Shown in pieces: positions 1 through 10,707 of a stretch of DNA of 56,649 nucleotides. The translations under genes and the position numbers were made by a program. Source of the stretch: Fonticula alba (Eukaryota); the NCBI RefSeq assembly GCF_000388065.1, contig NW_009242980.1:1487-58135 (forward strand). The letters run 5' to 3'. How positions within the stretch are numbered: the first letter of the stretch is position 1; every line of letters begins with the position of its first letter. Below the pieces are notes generated by a model. It ran no database searches and had not been told where the DNA came from. It worked only from the letters and a program-made list of their open reading frames with translations.

Positions 1-3000
1 TCATCTTCCGGCAGAACATCCCCCTGATCCAGGCAGCCAGTCCGAGCAGGGCGGCGCTCGCCCGCCGAGGAACAAACCGAGCATCATCGGCAAAGAGTCA
101 AGGAGGATGTCCAAGGAGGGAAGGCAAACCGGCTCCCGGGGGGACCGTGGCTTCAAAGTGCACTCACACCCGCTGGAGCAGGGCTGGTCATTCGCGCGCC
201 CTCCCCTTCACAAACCCCAGCGATCGGCGTCGGTACCCGAGCGTGGATCCCCTCCCCACCAAGTTCTCTTCGGCCTGCATCCGAGTCCCTTATCCCCCCC
301 CCACCCAGGAGAGAGGTGCCGAAGCCCGCTTGGGCAGAAGGCCGATCGTCTGCCGACGTGGATGCCCCGAGTCAAGAAGAAGTGTCGTTCCTCTCGCACA
401 GAAAATGCTCGTCAGACAGATTCCGCGACGGGAATGTACAAGTTGTGCACATGACACTGTCAAACATTCATCGCGCTTTACCACCTGTGTTCTGGAGTAA
501 GTCTTAATCGAGCCGGATCGCCTCGGCCCCGCGCCCTCCAAGGCACCCTGCCGTGAAAGAGCTGCCCGCGGCATGCTTCAGCCGAGACCCCTCCCAGCGG
601 GCTGCACCAAGCAACACGGCCCCCGCCTGCCTGCCTCCTCTCGGACGATGTCCCCCCCCACCGAAACACCCTGCAGGCTCTACGGGCAGGGTCCTTCCCC
701 GTTCGCCTATGGGGCGTTGAGTGTGGCCACCTCCTATGCGCGACCCCGCGGCCCGGATACATTCGGCCCCTTCGGAAACGAGGAGCCTTTGACGGCGGGC
801 TGTCCCCGCTGGGTCGGCACGACCGCGGCCTTTTTGTCGATCCACCCTCAGGCGACCAAGGACCTCCTGGTGCGCCCTTCGCCATCTGCATGTGGCATCC
901 CGCGCCATCGATCACACACTCCCAGGGTGGCCGTGTTGCTCGGTAGGGAAGTACCACCCCGCGAGGGGCCAACCCCGGCCGGAGGCATTCCCCCGCACCA
1001 CGGCCAAAATTCGTCCCCCATTCGCACGACCATGCAGCCCAGCTCCTCCGGCGATCCGTCCGGATGCGAAGGAAGAAAGGCCGGCGCCTCAAGCACCACC
1101 ACATGCCCGCTGCCGTGGTCGCCAGAACCCCGGCCACCTGAGCGGCGTTCCGTTTCCGAAGTCCGTCACTTGGCCATCTTTTAGCACCCATCGCCCAGGG
1201 GCGTGCGTCGCCGCGTGAAGGGAAAGCCGCCCGCTCGCCTCCGGGCCCTGATGAGCGGTCAGACCCCGCCCGTGGCATGTTGGCACGCACATGCCTCCCA
1301 AATGACCTGGACCACCTCCCAGGGATGCCCTCGGAACAAGGTGTCACCGCACCCGCAGCAGGCCACACACACCTGGCGCTCGGACGTAAGCACACGCGCG
1401 TGCGCAATCGCCATTAGGGCCTGCCCAGCAGAGCCTCCCTGCCCTCGGCGCACGGATGCACACCAGCGCTCAGACCCGGCCCCGAGCACATGTCCGCCCG
1501 GTGCCGGCACGCATCCGCGCTGCAGGTCCATCCGCCCCTCCCCATGTCCCGACATGGGTGTCATACCTGAGGGGGGCCGCATCCGAAAGGAGTGGAGCCC
1601 GAGCGAGACGCGCTCCAAGGCAAATGACACCCACCCCTCTAACACACCTCCGGGTCTCCTCCGGGGAGGGGCGCGACCGAGACAGCCTGCCCCAGACGCT
1701 GCCCATGACCAGCGCACAGCCATGTCCAGCGTGCAAGGCACCCCCGAAGGAAGATTGGGCACCGGGGTCGGGAAATGGGGCGGCCGCCCACTGTGGCCTG
1801 GGCACCGCCCACCCGCCCCCGGCGATGTCCCCTGCTCATGCATCGGCCAACAGTGGGCACTGGCACCTCGACTAAGCACCTCCCCCCCCCCCCCCGCGCC
1901 ACTCTACCGCCAGGGGAAAAGCCCACGAGCAGCGGCAGCACGCCAGCACCGTGTGTCTGACGAATGGCGCAGCCGCAGACTCACCGCCTGGTCGGTCCGC
2001 GAGCGTCCATCACCCCCCTCTACGAAGTCAGGGAGCACCTCGACCAAGCACCTCCCCCGGGCCAGGACGTATCCTCCTGTCCCCGCCCCAAGTATGGCAG
2101 CATACTGGCATCGGCCCCTCGGCCCCGCATTGGCTGACACGAAAGCCGGCAAGCATAGCCACGATGTCTCGGCTCGCTGGAGATGGCCTGCGCGCCAGCG
2201 AGCCTGCTCCCCGGTCACGCCCCGTTCCCGGGAGGCACTGCATGGGTGCTGGGCCGGCTGCCGAGTGCCCATCGCCTGCCCGTGCGGGCTGGCCGCCCCA
2301 TCGGAATCCCCATCCAAAACACCGGCAACAGCCCCGTCCCGCCGCTCCTCCCGGTAGGCCACCAGCGCCATCCTCGCCGGGATCAGTCTGCATCGACCAG
2401 ACCACGCGGCGGCACTGCAGCGCATCCCGCCCCACTCGCCCAGACGTGGTGCCCCTTCCCGGCATGCGCCGCGCCGCGATCGGGACCTTGCCCCAGGCCG
2501 GTGGGCGCCTGCCGCTGGACATCGCCCGGCGCACCCACGCCCAAGTGCAGGACGCCCACGGGGGAGGACCCCGCACGGATGCGTGGGTCGGCTCTCGCCG
2601 GGGAGGCAGACAGCACGGGCCGAAGGGCGCCCGGCCAATCGACTCCAGACACCCCAGCATCACGCATGGCCGACCGCGCGAGACCCCACGGGCCCACGGG
2701 AGGCACACGCCGCGGCGCATCCCCCGTGCCAAGGGCGCCAGGCACACCGGCGCTCACGCAGCACCGTGTCTCGCGCTCGGCGGGAGCACGCCAGGTCGCC
2801 GGTGCCATGCCCCCTCCCCGGGGATGGAGCCAAGAGGAGCGCCGATCCCCCGTCATGGTATGCCTAGCCATGTGTCAAGCTGATGGCAGGGGCTGCGCCG
2901 CAGTCGCAAGGCGAGGGGGGTGGGATGCGGCGCACAGAAGACGACATGCACATGTATGTGTCCTGCCAGCAAAGTAGTCAGTTCCTCTCTGGGGGCAGAA

Positions 3001-4389
3001 TGGCAAGGAGAGGCCCCGCCTGGTCCCCCTGACAGCCAGCGGCACACGGGAGGGGAGGTGCGCGCGGCAACCGAAGAAGGGCAGCGCCAAAGACAGCTTC
3101 AAAGAATGGGAAAAAGGGTGGAGGGCGTTTCGAGAGCGGCGGCGGCGACGGGAGAGAGAGAAAAGGAAAGCAGAGAGAAGGAAGAGGCGCGTGGATGGAC
3201 CACCACACGCTGACAGGGGCCGCGGCAAGCAATCGCATGTCGGCGCGGCGCATTGCCACGGAGCAGGCAGGGACGAGGAGCGAAAGGGGGAGACAGGCAG
3301 GGAAGGCGCGCCAGCAGAGGGCCACGTCTCGGACAAACACAATCGCCGCATGATGCCCCGGGCAATGGCCCCTGCCTGCGAGCAGGCACACGTCCAGCAG
3401 GAGCGGCCGGGCGCAGGACCCAAACCAAGGGGACCCCCGACGGGCGAGCGAAAAAAAAAAAGAACACGGCTCACGGAGGGGGGAAACCAAAAAAGACCAG
3501 TCGCAATAAAGCGCCGTCCGTCCCCCCTCGGGAGAGCAGCGGTCCAGAGGAGGAGGCATGCCGGCAAGGAGAGGCCGAGGGGGACCCGGGAGGCGAGGCG
3601 CCAGGCGTTTGGGCCTCAGGGCAAAAGGCACACGGGCAGACTCGCCGGGGGAGGGGCGCGGAAAAAAAAAAAAAGGCGTGGAAAAAACTTCGTGGTGCAC
3701 GGCGCCAAAGACAGCATCCATGCATACACGCGGGTCGGAAGGGGGGGGGGGGCGTGAGGACGTGGGGTGGGGTGAAGAAACCTCTCCCCACACACAGGGC
3801 CCATTGCCCCCCAAAAAAAAACGCCCTATTTTGCCCGCAATATATTACTCGCCCTTTCCTTGGATTTTGCCTCGCGCGCCGAGGGCCCGGCTTCCTGGAC
3901 GCATGGGCACCGCACGTGCCAACGCGCCCCGTCGGAACCACATCCCCCTGCATCTTGCAGCCCACGAACATGTACGTCTGTCCCCCCCCCCCCGGCCGTC
4001 GGGGGCTCGGCACAGAAGCCCCGGATCCACGGCCAGCACCATCCCCGGCGCGCACCCACAGCCGGTTCCTCCCCGAGGCGGGAACGAGGTCCGGGCCCGA
4101 GAAGACCATTCCTCCCGGTGCCCGCACCACACCGCATGGTTGCACCGCCCCCCCCCCCCCCCCGCCCGACCGCCGCCGGCAGCTCCGTGCGATCGCCAGC
4201 CATGCGCGCCCTGCCCTCCCTTCTCGTGGCGCTCTTTGCCCTGTCCGGGCCGCCCCACTGACAGGCCCGGTCGGCCAGCCGCCCGCCCCCGCTCTTTCCC
4301 CCACACATTCATGCATATACATCGACACAGTCCCCCCCCCCCTCACAACAGCCGGAAACACTCTCTCCCCAACAACCAGGACAGTGCCA

Positions 4390-6450
4390 TTAGCGAATGT
4401 AGTGTATGCACCGATCGTAGAAGCCGATCTGGCCAGGCTTGACCATCAGCCCAACTTGGCTGCGCGTCAAGTGGGGATTGGCAATCAGCAGCTCCTTCAG
4501 CTCGAACGCCCGGCCAGCCGTGTGGCGTGCATAGTTTGGCAATTTATAGTTGACACCCTGCCGACAGGCATGCCGCAGCAACGAGTTCAACACCTGCGGC
4601 AGGGCGCAGCCCAGATCCGCCGCCACCTGGTGCAGCAGCACCCCGGGGGTCGGGGTCTCCACCGCCGCCAGGAGTGCAGCCAACTTCCCCTCCGGCACGT
4701 ACATCCCCCCCGGGCCGGATCCCGCCTCCGGGGCCAGCGCCAGGAAGAAGTACTCCGGACAATACCGATGCAGCAGGGTGTACACCAAATCCGGGCACCG
4801 CTCCATCTTGGCCGCGATCTCCGACACCGTGAGCAGCATGCGCCCGCCGGCCGGGTGCACCCGGTTCCCCAGCATCCTCAGCTTGAGAATGTCCTCACGC
4901 GGCAGGGCCAATGCCTGGGTCTGGTAATTCCGCGGGTCCGCCGGCCAGTCGATCGCAGCCACGGCCTTTCTGAGGCTCTGCACCGACATGACCAAGTGCT
5001 CGGCCAGTTCGAACATCGACAAGGTCGGCCGCAGCCAAACCAGCGACTGAATGACCCCCCTCAAGTCCCGGTCATTGGCCGGCGCCCGGGCTCGCGAGCC
5101 GGGCTCCGACCCGGCGCCGCCGGCCGACGCGCCGGCTTCCCACTCGGCGCCCAGCCGGTCGATGAACTCCACACTCGGGTTCCGGCGAATCGGCGATTCC
5201 TCCGGCAGAAAGCGATTCACATACATTTCCAGCGTCAGCCGGCCGAGCCCCGCCGGCGGGGCCAGCTGCCGCAACGGCCCATTTATCCGACGTGGCAGCA
5301 TCGCCCCCGGCTCATAGTGCTTGATGTACCACCGGAGCCGCTTCACCGGTAGGCCCAATTGGTCGGCCATCTCGCGCACGCTGTGGCACCGCTTCCGCAG
5401 CAGCGCCCGCAGCTGGTCCACCATCGCCGGCGGTAGTTCCCCCCACCGGCGAACCGCATATTCCGCATGCAGAAGCGGCCCAAAGGTCCGGAGGGCGTAC
5501 AAATCCACGCCGGCTAGCTGGCACACCTCCGCTTGTGTGGGCGCCGGCACGATGCTCCTATCGGCCAATACGGCTCGCAGCGCCTGCTGCTTTCCCGGGG
5601 GAATGGTGAACACATGAACGTCGAGATACTCCGGCATGTGGACCTCGATCTTGCGTCTCACGGAAAACGCATCGCACGACAGCAGGACAGACATGCTGCG
5701 TCGCGACAGGGCCGGAGACACGGTCACCAGCTCCCGCAGCCGGTGGATACACACCCCTTGAGCCACTTCCGGCATGGTCAGCACCTCCGGCATATGCTCC
5801 TTCAGCAGGGCCTCCACCACCTGGCTTGGCATGCGCACCAGCCGGCAGAGGGTCCTCCCAAGGACCGGTGGATCTCGCCGCGCCAGCGCCATCATGTCCT
5901 CGAAGATCGGATGCCCGGGGCCCAGCCCGGGCACCGGGGTTCTCATCGAACGCCGCGACGGGGGAATCCCATAGACTCGGGCATACCGGTCAAGCAGGCC
6001 CCGCACCGAGGCCCGATCCATCCCCAGCAGCCGACCCATGGTGCAGAGGGCCTCCAGCGGCCGGCCCACGGACGGGTCCCCGCTGAGCCGCAGGAATAGC
6101 CGGAAGTGTTCCACATCGTCGAACCCCCGCGGCAGCGGGGTCACCCCGGCCTCGATCTCCCGACAAAGACGCGCCCCGGCACAATCCACATCATACGGGG
6201 CCAGATCTATGGCGCCTCTGGGGCCATGCGCCGGAGGGGGGGCCGGCCGGGGGGGCGTCTCGACGGCGGTCGAGGAAAGCCCGCGGCTCGGGTACGCCAC
6301 CGCGCCAGTGCCCAGCCCGAGCGTCGCGGGCAGCATGGCCACAGGCCGAAGGCCACCATTGGGCCGCGGTGCCCCTCGCGCCAGTCCCAGCATCGCTGGT
6401 CGGATCGCCTGGCGCAAGGTTCGGCCAGCGGCCACTACCGAGGGGAGCAT
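4390..6450 (-). CDS. Hypothetical protein, 686 aa, intronless ORF with balanced amino-acid composition and Leu-rich helical-repeat-like segments. Function not recognised.
   Basis: Uninterrupted 2.06-kb ORF in the track. The composition is protein-like (L, V, E, R, A, mixed hydrophobics), unlike the surrounding P/R/G-rich junk ORFs. The stop codon is followed by an A/T-punctuated 3-prime region. I could not assign a family from the sequence alone. Confidence 0.4.
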   Translation of the reverse strand: MLPSVVAAGRTLRQAIRPAMLGLARGAPRPNGGLRPVAMLPATLGLGTGAVAYPSRGLSSTAVETPPRPAPPPAHGPRGAIDLAPYDVDCAGARLCREIEAGVTPLPRGFDDVEHFRLFLRLSGDPSVGRPLEALCTMGRLLGMDRASVRGLLDRYARVYGIPPSRRSMRTPVPGLGPGHPIFEDMMALARRDPPVLGRTLCRLVRMPSQVVEALLKEHMPEVLTMPEVAQGVCIHRLRELVTVSPALSRRSMSVLLSCDAFSVRRKIEVHMPEYLDVHVFTIPPGKQQALRAVLADRSIVPAPTQAEVCQLAGVDLYALRTFGPLLHAEYAVRRWGELPPAMVDQLRALLRKRCHSVREMADQLGLPVKRLRWYIKHYEPGAMLPRRINGPLRQLAPPAGLGRLTLEMYVNRFLPEESPIRRNPSVEFIDRLGAEWEAGASAGGAGSEPGSRARAPANDRDLRGVIQSLVWLRPTLSMFELAEHLVMSVQSLRKAVAAIDWPADPRNYQTQALALPREDILKLRMLGNRVHPAGGRMLLTVSEIAAKMERCPDLVYTLLHRYCPEYFFLALAPEAGSGPGGMYVPEGKLAALLAAVETPTPGVLLHQVAADLGCALPQVLNSLLRHACRQGVNYKLPNYARHTAGRAFELKELLIANPHLTRSQVGLMVKPGQIGFYDRCIHYIR

Positions 6451-9409
6451 TGGAGTCCGACAGAAGGAAAGAGAGAGGGGAGAGGGGGGTCACGAAGGGG
6501 GCGGGGGAGAGGAGGAAAGGGAGGGAAACACAGGGAGGAGGGTGGCTTGGATGCAGCTCCGGACGCCGTGGGGGAGGGCGGGGTGGCGGCCGAAATAAAA
6601 AGAAGGACCCATCTGGCGTGCGTACACACGGGCCAGCTTCATGCGGATGTGTCCGGACCCAGGCCTGGCTGTTGGTAGATCGGGCTCTCTGGCATCCCCG
6701 GCCAAGGATGGGGGCCGATTCGAAGGCTGGTGTAGTGGAATCCCCGCCCGAACTCCATAAGCCAAATCACTTGTTGAGTTACAAACCGCACGTGTCGGAT
6801 ACCCCGTGACAGACTTGGCATTATAAATGGCGTTCCTCTAAGGAGAAGCGCGGGGCAAGACAACAGCCGAATGGCCGCCCATCCCGGGCCGATAGAGGAG
6901 GAGCCCGAGAGAGGAACGGAGATACGCGCGTGCGCGGAGTTCTCAAATCTGCCCCTTGACCGACCCAAAGGTCAAAAGGGGGACTCCCCCCGGGAGCCTC
7001 CTGAGAGCGAAGAGCTTGGCAGCTGTGTGCGCCGAAGAGCAAGCGAGAGCATCACTGAGAGCCACCAGTCCAGCCCGCGAACACCAGTTCAGGCTCCCTC
7101 TCGAACCCTGTTATTTTATTTTTATTCTTTCTTTCTCCCGTTCGTCCGCTAACTCCTCTCAGGCCGAGTTACCAGTCTCGCTCCTTCCAGGCGGCATCGT
7201 ATTCCCTGGTTCGGTACGCCCTCTACTTCATGCCCCAGAGTGCCCCATAACCAGTGGCAGATTTCCGGTATGGCTTCCGTCAAAGCATCACTCCTTTGAC
7301 GAAAGACCGGATCCGTGAGAACCCTGCTACAACCATGAAATATACATCACATGATGTGGCCACCAGCGCCCAATGCCAATGGCGTTGGCCCTGCACAACG
7401 TGGCTCGCGGCCCGGTCATCTGGGCAACGCATCATGCCCTTCGAAGCATGGAACTGCTCTTTCCCCGGGCCGATTCGTCCCGCAGGGGCGGCCCTCCGAT
7501 CGGCGATGGGCCGGCGGCCCGCACGGCGCCAACTCCCAGATGCCTTGTCCGATGCTTCTCTGCCCGGCCTCAAAACGCGCGCATCGAACTCGCCTGCCCC
7601 TCGCCCCGGACGCGCCGCCTCGCGTACAGAGACCCCCAACCGGCTGATCGCCGCCCGAAATGGCCCCTGCCGTGCCCCGCACCCAGGCGCCTCGGCCGGG
7701 CCGCCGTCCAACCCCGGCGCATGGATCGGCACCGGCCCGGAACGGCACCGATCCAGCCGCCGGCTGGCCCGGTCCATGTGCTGCCCGGGGGAGCATGGCA
7801 GGCAGCCCACTGGCCAGGCCTCCCATCTGCTCGAGGTTGCGGCGAGGATGTGGGGCATCGGCCGGCAGGCCTGGCCACTTCCCTGCTTGCGGCCGGGGAC
7901 CCCAAGTGCTTGTCTTCGAGCAAAGATGAAAAGGCACGCACACACAGACATACGCTCCCCGAGCCAGGGGTCTGGGTCGGGCGGACAGCCCACATCTCCC
8001 TCCCCCTCCCCCAACGACCGGCCGCCCCGGACTCGGGAGGCGTGTGTCTCCTGCCTGCGTGTCACCCCTGCCCCTTCGACCGGGTCACCACCACGCAAGG
8101 GGCATTCGACACATGCGATGTATGTGCGCGGCCCCGAGCTGGACAGCCTCTCTCCCGGGTCCCGGAGCATCTTCGCCCGGAGGAGCAGCTGTCGGTCTGG
8201 TGGCGGTGCCCGTGCTGCCTCCAGCGGCCGGAGGCAGATCGCCAGCCTGCCCTTGCTGGTGGCGCCCCGTGTCTGCCTGGCGATCTTCGCGGGGCGAGGC
8301 GCCTCGAGTGGTTCCCATGGCCCGCGGCCCGGACGAAGAACGTGCCCGGCCCGAAGGAGCATGCTGCCAGAGGGGCCCCCTTGTCAGCCCCAAACCGGGC
8401 CGGGCGGCGTCAAAGCAACCCAAGCTCGGCCCTCGGTGGTGGGCCCGGCCGGAGTGCTCGGCGACCGCTGGTCGGCTCCACACGTGCGGGACTGCTTCCC
8501 CCGTCTCTCGCCTCCGACTGCCCGAACGCGCGGCCGGCCCGAGGGATGCCGCGCCCCCGCTCCCGGGCTGCCCCGGGCGCCGGCGAGCCCATCTCGGTCC
8601 CCTCGGCTCTGATGGCGGGTGCTGGGGCGCCGGCGTAACGACACCATGACGTCAGGAGGTTGATACACGGCGGTGTCTTCGGTACGTTGGCGCCTCGGCT
8701 GCAACTCATCGCTCCGAAGACCCCTCGCTCCCACACAGGCAGGGGACACCCATCGCCGCCGGGAAGCATGCCCGGCCCCGGGCCGAAGGGACCCAAATGG
8801 AGGGCCCCACAGGGCAGCACCACTCAACCAGTCCCACACCCATCGCCCGGCCCCCCCCGCGCAACCTGAAGTGCCCGATCTCGCGCACCTCCCCTCTCAG
8901 CCGCCCCCCCCCTCCCCACAGCGGCGCCACAAGCAAGGTCAGCGCGGCTGCCCCACTGCGACCGGCCAGTTCTACCCCCCCCCCACCCCGCAGCGGCGCC
9001 TTTGCCCAGAAAGTGCCCCCTCCCCAGGGAAGACCCGCCCAGATGGCCAGACATCAGCCACTCCACTGGCAGCTCCCGGACGACGTGGACCGGTTCTTCA
9101 GGACTGCCGAGCGCAGGAGTACGTCCTTTCCCGCCGCCGCCGCCGCCGCGATGGGTCGCCTTGCGCGGATGAGGTGTCCCCCGCCGCCAGCCCACTGACC
9201 ATCCCCACCCAGTGTCGGAGCTGGCCGAGGAGGACGACATTGTGGCGATAGTCTTCTCCGCCTTTCAGCAGACCGAGACGCTTGGCATTTTGGACCGAGC
9301 CGTCGTCCTTGTACGTGGCACGCGCTGCTAGCACACCCCCCGTCCTCCCCTCCCCTGCTGATCACCGGGCGAAGCACCACCTGACGCGGCCCGGCTCCCC
9401 AAGGCCTTC

Positions 9410-9647
9410 ATGATGTACCTGCTCCACTACGACACCACCCGCTTCTTCAGCCATGGGTATGGGAACAAAGTGCTCGAGTTGAAGGCGCAGGTGTGCGACA
9501 AAGTGGACGCCCTCCACGGCATGCTCTTCGAGGAGGCCAGCGCGCACCTGCAGCCCCACCCACTTCGCACGGGTCTGGCCGTCCTGAAGCCCTTCGCCAT
9601 CCTCATGCGGGATCAGCTGCTGGCCAAGATCCCGGACTTCGACATCG
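9410..9647 (+). CDS. Exon of an unknown protein-coding gene. The peptide ends in KIPDFDI, and a phase-1 GTGCGT donor starts at 9648.
   Basis: Protein-like ORF (MMYLLHYDTTRFFSHGYGNKVLELKAQVCDKVDALHGMLFEEASAHLQPHPLRTGLAVLKPFAILMRDQLLAKIPDFDI). A GTGCGT donor sits directly at 9648. Confidence 0.4.
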
Positions 9648-9760
9648 GTGCGTTTGGCGCTGCCTGCCTGCCCGAGAGGGGGGCTTGCTCGCGCGAGGTC
9701 CGGCCTCCTTCCCCCTCCCTCCCCCCCCCCACTGATTGCCTACCCTCCCCCGCCGAGCAG

Positions 9761-10707
9761 ACCTGAACATGGGGGAGTATTCCCACATGCTGGAGACCAC
9801 CTTCCCCCCTGGGGCCTACCTGTCGCTACGTGGCTCATTCCACGCCATCTTCGTCGGGCATGCCCCCCCGGCCAGCCTGGCCCTGGCCCTGCAGCAGCCC
9901 ATCGACATGGCCCAGCGGGGGGCATGCAGCCTGCCCGAGCTCCAGCCCGACCCCTCGTCGCCCCGGCAGAGACACCTTTTCCGGCAGTCCACCCGGTACA
10001 TGGATACCTGCTCGGCCATTGTCATCCAAAGGCCCCAGGTGCCCCATCGCGGCCGGGCCGAGCCCGAGCCCTATCTCGTGCGCATTGCCCTGCTCCAGGC
10101 GCCCTGGCAGCCGAGCACCGACTCATGGGCCGACATGAGGCAGCACCTCACCGGCATGGACTTCCTGTTCGACCTTCGCCACGATCAGTCCCTCTACTGC
10201 CTGGCCCACTTTCTGGCGGCCGCGTCCGGCTGCCCGCGGCGCCCCTTGGTGCACTTCGACCAGTCGAGGGAGCTTGCCATGCTGCTGGCCTTCATCCTCA
10301 ACAGCAAGTACGGTGCCATCCTCCTGGCCGGCACCCGGCCGGCCATCGATGTGGCTGGCTACCCCCGCCGCCCGGATGGCGAGCATCATGCCGCCGACGC
10401 AGGGGACCCCGCCGCCACCCCCGGCACTTGGAGCCAGCATGCCCATTGTGTGCTTGGCCCGACCATGGGCGAGCGTACGCTGGAGCGCCTGGTGGCCATC
10501 TGCCCCGGTCTCCCTGTGCCGGATGCCCCGACGTTCCATGGGATTGCCCGCAGCAAGGAGCCCGGGGCCACTCCTCTTTCGGCCTTCGCCTATCCCCTCA
10601 TCCTCGGCGAGTTGTATGTCTTCTATGCATATCTCCATGCTGTGGATCGCACGGACGAGCGAGTGGCCGACCTTTGGGACACCGTCTCCCGCAGGCAGCG
10701 CCAGTAA
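9761..10707 (+). CDS. Downstream exon of the same gene (LNMGEYSHMLETTFP...DLWDTVSRRQRQ), with the stop at 10705-10707.
   Basis: A pyrimidine-rich tract and a CAG acceptor end at 9760. Splicing 9647 to 9761 keeps the reading frame (the G of exon 1 plus AC of exon 2 gives Asp). The ORF is 315 aa with non-repetitive composition. Confidence 0.4.

Noticed and set aside
1-4380. Dense overlapping ORFs on both strands in the first 4.4 kb, and also at 6.5-9.2 kb, 11-13.6 kb and 17-21.4 kb
   Set aside because: All are P/R/G/A/S-rich with no motifs. They overlap one another in several frames, which is typical GC-rich noncoding sequence. The region 1-4390 is probably the 3-prime flank or UTR of the 4390-6450 gene. 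No coding call was made.
9098-9334. Short minus-strand peptide ATYKDDGSVQNAKRLGLLKGGEDYRHNVVLLGQLRHW
   Set aside because: It is protein-like over only ~35 residues, it lies antisense to junk ORFs, and it has no identifiable splice signals. It is too weak to call as an exon.
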